Both the position numbers and the translations under genes were made by a program. Positions 19,493 to 38,680 of a DNA stretch of 64,000 nt are shown here, in pieces. Origin of the DNA: the human T2T-CHM13v2.0 reference genome, Homo sapiens; assembly GCF_009914755.1 (NCBI RefSeq), contig NC_060935.1. One strand, given 5' to 3'. The notes below the pieces were generated by a model. That model did no database searches, was not told the origin of the DNA, and worked only from the letters and a program-made list of their open reading frames with translations. How positions within the stretch are numbered: the first letter of the stretch is position 1; the number at the start of each line of letters is the position of its first letter.

Positions 19493-20301
19493 ATACTTTA
19501 CTGTCATAGAAAAACTGAATTCTCGTAAGATATTGTTGTTTCTTAAGGCAATGATTCCCAATCCAATGATTTCAGTGGCTCTTATTCCTTTAAACACCAC
19601 ACTTTCTCAAATGTAGCTTAAAGTTTACAAATTTTACCATGTGTAATTTTTTTTTAACCTAACAGGAACTATCAGGCTGTATATTCTTTTCAGTTTATAG
19701 ATGTGGAAACTATTAGCCAGATAGATGAAGTGATTTGCTAAAAGGCATAAACGACTTTATGGGGACAGACCTGCGACATGTATTCCAATCTCTAGCCTCA
19801 TTTTATTAAATATTACTGCCTTGGCTCAAATCTTGAGACTTTTTTTACTTCACTGACAAAATGATTTCTTTGTCAAACATAATAAATTAGATAAGAACAA
19901 GGAAACAAATCAGAGTAAGCCAAGAAGAAGGAATTAGTACAGATAAAAGCTAGAATCAAGGAAAGTATAAACAAAAAAAGAAGAAAAAAATTGAAAGGAT
20001 AAAGAGATCACAAGAGATCAGTCTTTGAAAATAGCAAAATCACTTTTGAACCTGATTTCTAGAGACAAAAAGTGTGATTAAGATTCAGAGGGAAGACCAA
20101 CCATAGACACAAGATAAGTTCATCATAAGATAATAAAACTGCAATTCTCTGGTAACTTGCAAAACCTAGATGAAATGAATGATATCCTAATAAAATATAA
20201 ATTATTAAAACTTGATTAATAGTTACAAAATTTGAATGTCATTACCGTAATAGAAATTAGAAGGTAACTGACCCTGACCAAATGGATTTGCAGTTATCTA
20301 A

Positions 20302-20644
<343 letters not shown>

Positions 20645-20718
20645 AAAGCAATGCCTTTTACACTAATCCTGACCATGGTAAATTTGGAAAGTTATTTCAG
20701 TTAACATTATGAATTTAG

Positions 20719-21036
<318 letters not shown>

Positions 21037-21569
21037 TGATAGAGATAGTATAAAAAGGAAAAAGGTCTAAGTTTGCTGAAGTATAGAAATACAAAAATTG
21101 AAAAGGAAATACTAGTATATCTAATTTACCTGTTATTTAATTAAAACAGTAATACCCGTGGCCTAATGAAGTTTATTTCATGAAGATGAGATGTTCCGTG
21201 TCAGGTAGTTAATCAATGATAGGTTGATAAGCATGACAATAATCAGCTAGCTATTCTTATTTAAATTTCTGTTAAATATAAGGAAACTACTTAAATGTAA
21301 AATATTCTCAATCAAGGACAAGCAGTAATTATTTTCCTAAAATGTGAAGTACTGTAACTATTTAAGACAAAATTAGGATGTAAATAGGATTTTTCTATAA
21401 ATAGTATTTCTCAATATTTTTTGAAGGTCTGACAAAGGCTAAAGCAAGGTTAGAATATTCTTTTTATAATGATCTACTGAATAGTTAAAAACTCCAAATA
21501 CTTATAAAATTAGTAAGATGATAAGATGTTTAGCTAAAAATTTAAAACTCTATTCAGAATAGAAGAACT

Positions 21570-22237
21570 CTAGGGACAACAAGGAAGTAAGCCCTTTCCT
21601 TTCCAGCATAAGGGTCACAGCTGATACCCCTATAACAAAGAGAGGTTGACAAGAGAAAAGAATAACAAATTTATTTGACATAGTTTTACATGGCATAGGA
21701 GCCTTCAGAAAGAAGATGCAAAGATATAGAGAGAACTATCCATTTTTTATGCTTAAATTCAATAAAGTATGGAGAGCATGTAGAACTATGATTGGACAAA
21801 AAGGATATATGGTCTAATGCTAACTGACTGAGTTGGGGGAACTCAATAAGGCCTCTCTATGCAACATTCCTTTTTGCTGGGTGTGAAGGTAGGACCCCTG
21901 TGAATGAGGGTCTTAATTTCTTTATGGCCATTTATTCTATTACACAGAAAGAAGTGGGGGAAGTTAGATTAATATTTTAGGCTTTGAAGCTGGCTTTGGA
22001 GAAAAAAGGTTCTGGTTTCTATAGGGGAGGTTAGAGTAATATTTTAGGCTTTAAAGCTGGCTTTGGAGGAAAGGGGTTCTGGTTTCTATGACCCACGTTG
22101 GAGAAGAGGGAATCTAGTGTGGCTCGCCTCTGAGGAGAATGAGAGACAGCAGGGAAAGAGGTGGTCAGAAGGTAACTTTGCTTCTAAGTCTGCTTCTTAG
22201 GCCTTCACTTGGGGCTATTGTTTTCTGAGCCCCAACA
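21570..22237 (-). mobile_element. ERV1 MER4-group solo LTR (MER31/MER67-like)
   Basis: Minus strand starts TGTTGGGGCTCAGAAAACAATAGCCCCAAGTGAAGGCC, typical of MER4-group LTRs; subfamily uncertain. Confidence 0.7.
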
Positions 22238-22449
22238 GTACCTAGAAAGGGAAATGGGAAAAAATATTCTATTCACAACAGCTCCTAAAATTGTATAAAA
22301 TATTTAGTAATAAATTTAACAAAGAGCACACTTCCAAGTTAAAGAAAACTATAATGTTTTTGAAGGGCATACAAGAAGATTTGAACAAAAGGGAAGACAT
22401 ATTTCTTTTGAGGTAGAGAGAATTAATATTATAAAAAGAGGATGGAACG

Positions 22450-22730
22450 AAGAGGATCATACCTGCAACCTCACCACTTTGTGAGGCCAAAGCAGGAGGA
22501 TCTCTTGAGCTCAGGAGTTAGGAGACCAGTCCTGGCAACATAGTGAGACACCGTTTCTTACAGAGAAATGGTGGTGTGCACCTGTAGTCCCAGGTACTCA
22601 GGAGGCTGTGGTGGTACTCAGGAGGTTGAGATTGCAGTGAGCTGTAGTCATGACATTGCGCTCCAACCTTGGTGACAGAGCAAGATCCTGTCTCAAGATG
22701 GGTGGATGGATGGATGCATGCATGGAAGGA
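22450..22730 (+). mobile_element. Degenerate AluJ with internal deletions, followed by a (GGAT)n-like tail
   Basis: cacttt.tgaggccaaagcaggaggatctcttgagctcaggagtt...gcagtgagctgt...gacagagcaagatcctgtctcaa. Confidence 0.8.
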
Positions 22731-23468
22731 TAGACAGATCAGAAAGAATACAAATGAAAAGAGTTAATGCTCCCTAAATTAATATATACATGTATTGTAC
22801 ATGTAAATTACTTTGTTTTTTAGATTTGGATGATGTGATCCTTAGTTTGTATGGGGCAAAAAGTGACAAGATGTTTTTTGAATTAAAAAGTAAGAGGAAA
22901 CCTGCCTTACTAGATATAAGATTACACTATAAAATCACTGTAATGAATCAATACAATATTGATACAAGAATAGGCAAGTGGATTAATGGAGGAAATAATC
23001 CAAAAATTGATTCTGCTAAATAAAGGCATTTAATTGAAGATTAAAATATTTTAATTCATTGAGAAAATGGTGGATAATTAAAAAATGATGCTGTTACAAT
23101 GCCTGTCAGACTTGAAGAAAGTAAAATAGACCCATTTCAAAATTTGGATTCAAGAATAACTTCTAGATGGTGTGAAAAAATTGTGAAAATTTGAATATAC
23201 AAGTTCTATGAGAAAATTGGAGAGACTATATACACAATCTAGTAGTGAGAAACTTCTTTTTTTTATTATACTTTAAATTTTAGGGTACATGTGCACAACA
23301 TGCAGATTTATTACATATGTATACATGTGCCATGTTGCTGTGCTGCACCCATTAGCTCATCATTTACATTAGGTATATCTCCAAATGCTATCCCTCCCCC
23401 CTCCCCCCACCCCACAACAGGCCCCAGTGTATGCTATTCCCCTTCCTGTGTCCAAGTGTTCTCATTGT

Positions 23469-27292
<3,824 letters not shown>

Positions 27293-27355
27293 TATGATGT
27301 TAGTTGGTTATTTGGCCCGTTAGTTGATGAAGTTTCTTCCTAGCCTCGATGGTCT

Positions 27356-28363
27356 TTACAATTTGGCATGTTTTTGCAGTGGCTGGTACCGGTTGTTCGT
27401 TTCCATGTTTAGTGCTTCCTTCAGGAGCTCTTGTAGGGCAGGGCTGGTGGTGACAGAATCTCTCAGTATTTGCTTGTCTGTAAAGTATCTTATTTCTCCT
27501 TCACTCACGAAGCTTAGTTTGGCTGGATATGAAATTCTGGATTGAAAATTGTTTTCTTTAAGAATGTTGAATATTGGCCCCCACTCTCTTCTGGCTTGTA
27601 GAGTTTTGCGGAGAGATCAACTGTTAGTCTGATGGGCTTCCCTTTGTGGGTAACCGGACCTTTCTCTCTGGCTGCCCTTAACATTTTTTCCTTCATTTCA
27701 ACTTTGGTGAATCTGACAGTTATGTGTCTTGGAGTTGCTATTCTCGTGGAGTATCTTTGTGGTGTTCTCTGTGTTTCCTGCATTTGAATGTTGGCCTACC
27801 TTGCTAGATTGAGGAAGTTCTCCTGGATAGTATCCTGCAGACTGTTTTCCAACTTGGTTCCATTCTCCCCATCACTTTCAGGTACACCAATCAGATGTAG
27901 ATTTGGTCTTTTCACATAGTCCCATATTTCTTGGAGGCTTTGTTCATTTCTTTTTATTCTTTTTTCTCTAAATTTCTCTTCTCGCTTCATTTCATTCATT
28001 TGATCTTCCATCACTGATACCCTTTGATCCAGTTGATCGAATCGGCTACTGAAGCTTGTGCATTCGTTACGCAGTTCTCGTGCCATGGTTTTCAGCTCCA
28101 TCAGGTTCTTTAAGGACTTGTCTGCATTGGTTATTCTAGTTAACCATTCATCTAATTTTTTTTCAAGGTTTTTAACTTCTTTGCCATGGGTTTGTACTTC
28201 CTCCTTTAGCTCGGAGAAGTTTGATCGTCTGAAGCCTTCTTCTCTCAACTTGTCAAAGTCATTCTCTGTTTTCCGTTGGTGGTGAGGAGCTGTGTTCCCT
28301 TGGAGGAGGAGAGGCACTCTTATTTTTAGAATTTCCAGTTTTTCTGCTCTGTTTTTTCCCCAT
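27356..28363 (-). pseudogene. Disrupted L1 ORF1 of copy B
   Basis: ORF pieces 27796-28317 and 27514-27783 match ORF1p; small deletion near 28268 and frameshifts. Confidence 0.9.
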
Positions 28364-30549
28364 CTTTATGGTTTTATCTACCTTTCGTCTTTGATGATGG
28401 TGATGTACAGATGGGGTTTTGGTGTGGATGTCCTTTCTGTTTGTTAGTTTTCCTTCTAACAGTCAGGACCCTCAGCTGCACATCTGCTGGAGTTTGCTGG
28501 AGGTCCACTCCAGACCCTGTTTGCCTGGGTATCAGCAGAGGTGGCTGTAGAACAGCAAATATTGGTGAACAGCAAATGTTGCTGCCTGATCGTTCCTCTG
28601 GAAGTTTTGTCTCAGAGGGGTACCTGGCCGTGTGAGGTGTTAGTCTGCCTCTACTGGGGGATGCCTTCCAGTTAGGCTACTGAGGGGTCAGGGACCCACT
28701 TGAGGAGGCAGTCTGTCTGTTCTCAGATCTCAAGCTGCATGCTGGGAGAACCACTACTGTCTTCCAAGCTGTCAGACAGGGATATTTAAGTCTGCAGAGG
28801 TTTCTGCTGCCTTTTGTTTAGCTATGCCCTGCCTCCAGAGGTGGAGCCTACAGAGGCAGGCAGGCCTCCTTGAGCTGCGGTGGGCTTCACCCAGTTTGAG
28901 CTTCCCAGCTGCTTTGTTTACCTGCTGAAGCCTCAGCAATGGCGGGCGCCCCTCCCCCAGCCTGGCTGCTCCCTTGCCGTTTGATCTCAGACTGCTGTGC
29001 TAGCAATGAGTGAGGCTCCGTGGGCATAGGACCCTCCTAGCCATGCCCAGGATATAATCTCCTGGTGTGCTGTTTGCTAAGACCGTCAGAAAAGCGCAGT
29101 ATTAGGGTGGGAGTAACCCGATTTTCCAGGTGCCGTCTGTCACCCTTTTCATTGGCTAGGAAAGGGAATTCCCTGACCCCTTGCACTTCTGGGGTGAGGC
29201 GATGCCTCGCCCTGCTTTGGCTCACGCTTGGTGTGCTTCATCCACTGTCCTGCACCCACTGTCCTACAATCCCCAGTGAGATGAACCTGGTACCTCAGTT
29301 GGAAGTGCAGAAATCATCCATCTTCTGCTTTGCTCATGCTGGGTGCTGTAGACTGGACCTGTTCCTATTCGGCCATCTTGGAACCACCCTCTGAGAAACT
29401 TCTTTAGACTAGAAATCATAAATCTATAAAATAAATATGATTATGTAATTTTAAAAAACCTATGGCAAGACTAGTTTGGTAATTTCTAACAGCAAATTTG
29501 AAAAATAAATGTTAGTAATATAGAAGATAGGAAAAAGATTGATATCTACTATATAGGATAAGTTCTTACAAAACTAGAGAGAAGACAACAAAACATACAG
29601 AAGGGTGATTCATAGAAGATTAAACTGTGAAAAGATGCTCCAATTCAGTAGCAATAATGAGGGCAATCAAAATAATAATGGTATAATACTGAAAAACATA
29701 ATTTTGCTAGTGAGGATGTGCAGAAAAGGATACTTTCATCTATTTTGGGTGGACATCTTTTAATATAAAACACATAATCTTCTTAGAATCTTTTCCATCT
29801 AAGTAAAAGAATATCTAAGGAAACATGTTTTTACATTTCCTACAAACTTTATATATACATCGCTTGTGTATATATAATCATGGAAAACTTGAAAAAGACA
29901 GGATTAACAATGGAGGGAGGTTCAGGGAAAGATAAAACAATGACTAAGAAAAACCCAGAGATTTTATGTTTACATCTCTGCATATTTATGCAAAATAGAA
30001 AATTCAGAGTTATATATAATTTATTAATATCCACATATGTAGTAATAAAATGAAGTATGCATGAGAAAGAAAAACACAAATTTGTGTTTGGGAGTATTTG
30101 TGGCAATAATGGATCGATCAATGGATAGTTGGTTGAAAGGATGCATAGATAGATTACATATCTTCTTAAAAATATTTATGTAATTGCAACCTGTAGTAGG
30201 GCACAGAATGAAACAGTTTGTCATTTTAGAGTAAACACCTTTTGAAGAAACATAGTAATTTTTTTCTTTTATTTATTTTGCTGTTATTCTAAAAGAGGAG
30301 TTAAGTTTCTCTTAAAAAATCCCATGTCCTTTACTCTGTCAAAACTAAGTCAGAAATAGAAACTAACATTTTTACAGAAAACTGAGCAATTCATGGGAAG
30401 GCTGAGTTTTAGGCTAACCCATTTTAGCTCTTTCAGAAAAGATGACATGTCAGATCACCTGTTGTTTGAAGACTGAAACTTTTTGCTGTTGCCTCTGAAG
30501 ACTGTATAAGAGGAAACACATTTAACTTGCAGCAATGAGGTGTTGGTTG

Positions 30550-32830
30550 ACTTTTTAACGTAGTGGAAGATGGATATTGGAAGACAATTTTAAAAATCAA
30601 AGTTTTTTATCTTCTGAATTTTGGAATAATACATACTATGTATACTAAGTTTAGAGAATATAGGTATGTATAAAGAAAATAAAAATCATTCCATCATTTT
30701 ACTATAATTTTGTTTCTAAAAATATAATAAACTGTTATTTTCAACATTTTATAAAAGAAGATATGCATACTGGGGTAAATTTATAATATGAAAGTATAAA
30801 CTCACCCATAATTTTACCACTTTAGGTAATCGGGGTTAGTGATTTTACGTTTTTCATTTCATCTTTCTAATTGTCAGTGTTTCATTATGTATACTCTTTC
30901 CTGTTTGAATTTTTTTTTGGACACTTTCACTTTTTGTACTTCTAAAATGTTAGAATATCATGGCAAAGTTTAAAATCCATTTTGGTTAATTGTATTAAAT
31001 GCATAACTGCATTTTAAAGAATTGACATCTTTATTCTGTATCCCAATCCAGAAGCCTGATATATCTTTCCACTTATTCTGGTATTTTGTGTTTCTTAGTG
31101 AAATTTTTTCTTAATTAAAATTAAAAAATGCAGGAAAGTACTGAGAAAAAATTAAAATAATTCATAGAACTAACACCAACGTAAACAGGTTGGAATATTT
31201 CCTTCTAATTACTTTGGTTATCTATGCATATATGTTCATATATGATACATGGATGTATATTTTCCTAAGTGGATTCTACTTATATATTATCAGCACATTC
31301 CTCTTTCATTAGATTGTTTTAAAACACACGATTTTATTGGTTGTAGGGTATTTTTATCGTATAATTATAACAATTTATTAGAACCCTAATTCTTATATAC
31401 TCTTATCTATATTCATATTGTTGATGATTTAATAAATAGCGAATATCTGATGCGTTTTGCATAAACAAATCTGAGTGTGTTTTCTATAAAAGGGTAATTA
31501 TATCCGGATACATTGGTGTTATCTTTTTCTGTATTTTTAATTTTTGTGTTTTATTGAACTTTTATAATTTCTTATGTCCATTATATATATTTGATTTTGC
31601 CTCTTCACTATTTGATTTTGCGTCTTCACTAGTGATTTAGTGACACTAATCACTTTTATTTTTTTAATTTATTCATCACTGACTTTAGTATTTTTTAAGA
31701 TAAAAAGTATTTAAACACTTTTTTAAGTATGTTTTTAAAATAATATTTATTGATTAACCACCATCATGTAAGGTGATAAAGTAATACTCCTTTATTTGTA
31801 TTTTTTCTTCTGCTATCTTACTTCTTGGCTCTTTAAATTCTATCTTGGGATTTAGATATTAGTGTCTACTCTTATGATAACTATTAGCATTTACAGTTTT
31901 GGCTGTATTATCTAAAATAATACTTTATAGTTTGGCCATTTTAATTTATTTCAATGGGCCTACTAGCCTTTTTATAATATTTTCAATTCCATTTTGCGTT
32001 CCTTATGTGGGTTCATGTCTCAGTCAATTGATTACGTCTTTAAGTAGTTTATCTTTAAGATAAATATGCAGAAAGGATACATCTGAGGTTTTGTTTACCT
32101 GAGAAAACAGTGTTTCTCATGCCTTCTTACATTTGCAATAACTTGATAGAGTATAGAATTCGGGGAATTTTATAGATATCACTCATTTTCTTCTGGTTGT
32201 AGTATTGTGGAGAAGTCTGAGGTCAACCCAGTTTTTTTTTTTCTTTTTTATTTCTGTTTCTTGGAAATCTATTTCTCACTTGTTCTTTTCACCCCCTGGC
32301 TGGATGCTTATTCGATACAGTTCTTTGAAAACGTTTGATATTTATAAATTGTACTAAAAAATATTACTGGTTGGTCACTTTTAGTTAATTTTCTGTATAC
32401 TCCATGAACAATTTTTGTCCTGTGGATCAGGTCTTTCATCTACAAAGATGACTTTTTGTTTTAGTAACCTCTCTACCCTTATTTCTATTTTCTACCCTAT
32501 GAGCCCTCATTATTTGTTGGTTAGATGTGTATTATCTGTCCTGCATGTCTTTGATTTAATCTGTTAGTGTTTTCAGCTATTTTCACTTTACTGCAGTATT
32601 CTGCAAAATCTCTTTGAGATTATTCTCTGGGTTAAGGATTTTATTTTCTACAGTGTTGTTTATGGTTTTTATTGTCAATATTGTTCAAGTTTTAATTCAG
32701 CTAATTAGAAGTTATCTTTTCTTATATAATATTTTCTTATTTAATTTGTTGACTTTCTCCTTTCTGCCAAATCCTTTTTATTTCTTCTTCTCTTACCATT
32801 TCATTTCTATATTTTATTTGTGAACAGAGT
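30550..32830 (-). mobile_element. Very AT-rich tract, probably ancient L1M fragments
   Basis: T-rich degenerate L1-like motifs (atatctttccacttatt; tgtggagaagtctgaggtcaacc). Confidence 0.4.
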
Positions 32831-33849
32831 ATATACATCAAGCAATAGGTTCCTTCTGGTGCTGTCTTGTGTCTCTGAGGCAGTGGGTGTGAGTGGAACA
32901 TTCTTAACCTTTTTCCTAACTCACTCCACTGCCTTGAATCAGGGTTCAGATTTACATTTGGTAAGAAGGGGTAGGTTTTCTGTATTCTGCCATATCCTTG
33001 GGGACTATTTTTAGTGATTTATACAATTTGAACTTCCATTGTTTTGTTTGTTTTCAGAAAAGATTAAACAAACAAATTATATTACTGTGGAGCAAAAAGA
33101 GGGAAGCCAGCTAACATAGTAATATAATTAGAGAGTTACAAAAATATTTTTTCATATGATATAATATATTCTGAACTACCCACATGATCTAAGTTGTGTA
33201 GACTTATTTTCTAGCACTTGAAGTTTATCATTTTCCTTCTCTTTATTTTAAGCTGCCATTTTTAATTTTTGGCCAAATTTACACAGGAAGCCAGAGCAAT
33301 GGCAAGTCTCGAACTCATAGCGTCAGGTTTGCTGCTTGTATTCCTTCTACACCACTACAATATTATTCAAGAAGCAATTTAGTCACATTGTTGAACAGAG
33401 TCAAGACTGAAACCCAAGCATTTTGACCCTAAGGCCAGTGTAAAAATCTTATAAAAGAATACATGCTCTTAAACAGCCCTATCTACCTAAAATTTAGACT
33501 TTTAGGATTAGATATGAGACACAGTTGTTACTAATCTTACTAACCATGGGAGGTCAGTTCTGTCATACACTGTCAAAGTGAAAGAATTGTCACAAATATA
33601 AACAAGCATGAAAAAAGACAACTTGGAAAAATTATCTAAACCATTTTGAACTATTGATGATGATCTGTTACCTGTTCATTGTTTTTGGTAACAAAAACAT
33701 TACGAAAATAGGATATTGTATTTTGCCCCATTTAATATTATTAAATATAACCTTCGCTCAGGAGATGTTAGCCTTGTAAGCTGAAGCTGTTTTTTTGAGG
33801 AGGTAAAACTTGACTCTAGTCTACCAAACATAGTTCCGAGGCTTGAGGA

Positions 33850-34540
33850 ATATATGTTTATTCCATAAACATGTATTATACCAACTACTTTTCAGGCAAT
33901 CTACTAGTTTTGACGGTTCCAGAGGGATTAAGACCTATAGTCTGTGACTTCATAGAGTTTACAATGTAAGCAGAAATTAGACAGAAAACAGATAATTTTA
34001 CAACTAATTATTTAATTAAAATTGTGATCATGGCTATGAATGAGTAGCGTATGATCTCAGGAATATGATATCAGGATCTAATCTAGTTTAGAACATCTAG
34101 GAAGACTTCCAGAGTATTTGAATTCAATTTAGAACATGAAAGATCAATGATTGTTAGCTGGGTGAAGGAGGGAGGGCTATTCTGGCAAGAGAGAGAATTG
34201 AAGTGTTGAAAAGAGAATATTCGAAGATCTTTGGCAGAAATGAGAATGGCATATTGAAAGAACTGTAATGTGAATGGATGATAGAAAGGGAGAGGAATGA
34301 CAGAGTGGTAAGTTAGGGCTAGGCTATACAGGAACTTGTTAGGGATTTTGGACTTCACCTTAAGAACAAAGGGAAAGCACCAAAGTTTTTGAAACAGGGA
34401 ACTGACATGATCATATTTGCACTTTTAAAAGAATAGTCTTCTTGTTTCTGTGAAGAATGAGTAGGAGGAGGGCAAAATTGGAAAGGATTCAGTGAGATCA
34501 ATTAGAAGGCTAGGAATTGCTGCTGTATCTGAAAGCTGAG
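33850..34540 (-). mobile_element. L2 LINE fragment
   Basis: tttattccataaacatgtattat...gacttcatagagtttacaat...ggattttggacttcacct..gggaaagcacc..gactgacatgatcatatttgcac. Confidence 0.75.
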
Positions 34541-34979
34541 GATAGTTGGGCCTAGATTTTTGTTTCCTGATCATTCTATTAGAAATTCTACTTTGCTTTA
34601 ATGATCTCTGGCTTCCCGTTTTAATGATATTCTAAATAATTAAAACAATTTATTCCAAGATAAAAGTATGTTTTGTGTTTATAGGTGAAACTGAAGTTAA
34701 TATTGTGACACTAAATTTTGTAAGACCCTCAAGAATTCCCATTCTTCTGACTTAGCCAGTATAAGGAAGGAGACAAGGAATAAGTTCAGTCTTACCGTGT
34801 TCTCAAGTCCAGCAGTATATTTTTATTCTCACAGAAGACTTTCGGTAATTACCTTTTTCTCAGAATCTCCTCCCTTGTGTGTAATCAGTAAGGCTTTTTC
34901 ATGTCTACCTCAAGGCTTATCTGCTTTAGTATCTGACTGCTCTTTTCCTTCTTTTCCATATAACTCTGGAACCAGACTG

Positions 34980-35850
34980 CTGAGCTTTTTCTTTTAACTT
35001 CAGCTCTGCTATTTACTCACTATAAAACTTTGAATAGGTTACTTAACCACTCTGCTACTCAGTTTTCTCATCTTTAAAAATGGAAATAATAACATTACAT
35101 ACTTCCTAGAAATGATAGGATTAGGCTTAGAACACTGTCTAGCATATCTTTTTAATGAGTCATGAAATCATTTTGTTGGGTCCTGATCAGAGTTTAATGG
35201 AATGGAATAAGAATATCATAGTACAGCATATGAAGTTAAATTAAGTATTGTTTCTAATGAAAGAATTTTATGTATACATATATACATATACATATATATG
35301 TATTGTAAGTTTCTGTGTATATGTGACTGCAGTTAAACCTTATTGTTGATGAAGTGTCTTGATCAAAATTTTTTGAAAACCACCATGCTATTTGACTACA
35401 TTCCACATATATTGTTCATGTTGTATATTAAATATTCATTGAAGACAAAAACTATGTCTAACATGTCATATCCCTGCTTGGATATGTTATTTTTAAATTT
35501 TTAATTTTTTGCCAAAAACTTTGCAGACTTACAAGGTATCTGAAACTTCTTTATTTCTAGCTGGTTCCTCCCTCTTTGAACTCATCTGGATCTGGCTTAT
35601 TTCAAATGTCCATCCCCACAGGTGAGAAAGTAGTTTAGATTTTAGAATCAAACAGTCTTGATTTAGAGTCTTAGTTCTGCCTCTTTCTAGCTATGAGATT
35701 TTTAGGTCAATGACTTAATCTTTCTATGTCTGTATTTTTATACCTTTAAAATGAGGTACTGTTAATACCTACCTCATGGGATGTTATGAATATTAAATAA
35801 GTTTATGCAATTTGTTTATCATAACATTGTTTAATAAATGTTAGTTATAA
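34980..35850 (+). mobile_element. Two MIR copies (~34980-35145 and ~35625-35850)
   Basis: ggttacttaaccactctgctactcagttttctcatctttaaaaatgg; tacctacctcatgggatgttatgaatattaaat. Confidence 0.75.
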
Positions 35851-36133
35851 TTGCTTTTAGAATTATCATGTAAGATAATACATAGTTATATTAATTATTA
35901 TTGTCATTATGCTAAGATTTTGGAAACTTTCATTGGCATACACCAAGATGATGATTGGCAGTTATTTCCTGTCTTTACCTGCTTGGTTCCTTAATATGCA
36001 CAGATAGAACTGTTTAAGATTTGAGGCCTGGGACACTGCATTCAACTTCCCTCACCTTGCAAAGTGCTCTGGCATCTGCCTTTTGTTATAGACTTTCTCC
36101 CCTTGTCAGTGTAAATACTGAAGGCTATACCTG

Positions 36134-36480
36134 TGCAATGCTCTGAATATTGGTGTCTCCCCTAAATTCCTGTGTTGAAACCTAATAGTATTAAGAAATG
36201 AGACCTTTGGGGAAGTGATTAAGTTATGAGTGTTCTACCCTCACAAATGGAATTAATGCTCTTATAAAAGATTGCAGGGAGTTGCTTTGTCCTTCTGCCA
36301 TGTGAGGACACAGCAAGAGGCTCCCTTTTAAGCAGAGAACATGCCTTCACCAGACACTGAATCTGCTGGCATTTTGATCTTGGACTTCCCAGCCTCTAGA
36401 ACTATGAGAAATAAATTTCCGTTTCAATAAATTACCCAGTCTAAGATGTTTTGTTGTAGCACCCTAAATGGACTGAGACA
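36134..36480 (+). mobile_element. MLT1A-like MaLR solo LTR
   Basis: ctgccatgtgaggacacagcaagagg...ccttcaccagacactgaatctgctggcattttgatcttggacttcccagcctctagaact...ggactgagaca. Confidence 0.88.
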
Positions 36481-38169
36481 GCGTGTCACAATTACAGACA
36501 CTGCTGCACTGAGCTGTATTAGTGTCTTCTTTTAACCCCAGACTTACTTTTTATTGATTGTGATTTTTCCATCACTTCTTGGCTTTAGATAAAAATAACT
36601 AATATCATACAAATGTCATCAACAAATCAGAAGTTCTTTCTTATCTGTCTTCTATTCTTTGACCCTCTCCTTCTATATTCATATGCTGCTGGCTTTCTGG
36701 AAGCTACTTTTTTCTCAGTAAAGAAGGTACAAGGTTTAATTTTTAGCCATTTCTTGTTCTGAAGCCTGAAAATTCTGCAAGGCTAAAATCTTGAGTCACC
36801 TTCATTACCTTTACATTTACATTCATTGTTGATTATTTATTTAGCTCATTACTGACATGAGGAGACAGAATCTGTGTTTATTTTAAATAAACTCTTTTTT
36901 TCTCTTTTGACAAATACAAATATAAGTATAGACCTATATATTATAATTAACACCTCTGCATCCATTCCTAAGTACTATTATATATTTATTCTTAGAATAT
37001 TTGGCTTAAAAGTTTCAAAACTGATTCATGAAAGTCAACGTGTATATTTGAAATGCAAATGATATTTATATTATGATAACTGAGAAAATGAATTACCTCT
37101 TCACAAACTTGAGATAATCCATTTTTATTGCCTACGTCATTTGAACATATCCATATGGTACAGGATAAGAATAGCAGCTTGTTCAGTACAAGAATGACTA
37201 TACCTAGAAAGACTTCATTTTATCTTGGGTAAATAATACATATTTAGAGACATATTTTATTACATATGAGAAAATTTTAGTAGAACCCTTCATGTTTGGG
37301 CTTCTGAGTTATTAAAAGAGTGAAAACAATAGTTGTATTTTCTCTAAATCGTCAACTAATTAAGTCAAATGAGTTTGCTATAATTACATGTATAATCCTC
37401 CTGTTCTCGACACCCCCCATTTTTGCCTGATATTTAAAGTAAAACTGAGACAAACAGCTGCTGGATTGGATTATCTACTTTAGTATTTTATTCCTTTTTT
37501 CCTGAGAGAATGCAATCTAAATTTAATGCACAATTCAATGTACATTTTAGTGCCTGCTGTGTATGGGGAAATAGACTTGGCATGGGGAATGCTCAGAAGC
37601 TCAAGATAAGGCCTCTGTACCACAAGATAAAGCTCATTGTCTAATAGATAGACAAGTAAACCTCTATGAGATCAGGTAAGTAAATCTCCTGGCAGGGAAA
37701 ATACCAAACATATTCTAAATTCAAACTTAAATTATTTGAGGAATATACATTCTTATTTTCTCTGTTAGCATTGTTACTCATTTAATTCAATTCCAGACAC
37801 TGTTTTGGGGCAGATATTAAATCATATTCTGGTATTACAGCTGGATAAAAAGGTCAACATAATGCCTTCTTACTTTATCAGGAAAGACAGATAATTAAGA
37901 AGTATTTATTTAAGATAAGTGTCAGGACCCAAAAACATTAAATACCAAGGCAGTATGCTTTAAATAGCATGGAATAACTATGTTATTTAAATAAAATACC
38001 ATTACAACAAATAATTACAAGAAGGAAGAGTACTCATTACATAGGACACATTATGGACCTTTCATAGGACAAATAAAATAATAAGATAGCGCTGATTAAG
38101 ATATCATTGATCAAGTTAAGTTAGCTATTTAAGGAATACTTCTATAAAACAGGCTTTTTTTCTTATGGT

Positions 38170-38680
38170 AAAATTCTTACAGTTTTCAATGGTACACCAT
38201 TACTTTCATAATAAAGTTAAACTTTTCTGCTTACCACAGGAGGCCATTGAGGATATGGCCTTTCTTTTCTCTAGATTCATCTCTTACAATTTTACAACAG
38301 TTTTTTCATACCCTCCTTGAAATCTAAACTACTTTCACATTAGCTCACAATGTTGTGTCATACCTCTCTTCATGTCTATGTGCTGTTTATTTACGTAGCG
38401 TTATTCATCCCACTTATGTTTCAAGACTTAGCACTATTTTCTCTGCAAAATCATCCAGATACTTCCAATTTGATTTAAATTTTTCTCTTCTGTTCCTCAG
38501 CACACCTTGTGCTACCTTTATCCAAGCTTTTCATCATTCTCTTGGTTTACTTCCATATATTATATGCTCCTTGAAGTATTGCTGTATCTTAACAGACTTT
38601 ATACTTTTCAAACCCTGGCATATAGTACATACTCAATATCATATGGATGGATGGCTAGATGAATAAATGAATGGATGATG
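38170..38680 (+). mobile_element. L2 3' fragment
   Basis: ccctggcatatagtacatactcaata followed by (TGGA/TGAA)n tail. Confidence 0.65.

Noticed and set aside
28939-29013. ORF0 of copy B as a fusion source
   Set aside because: TGA after 24 codons, before either splice donor
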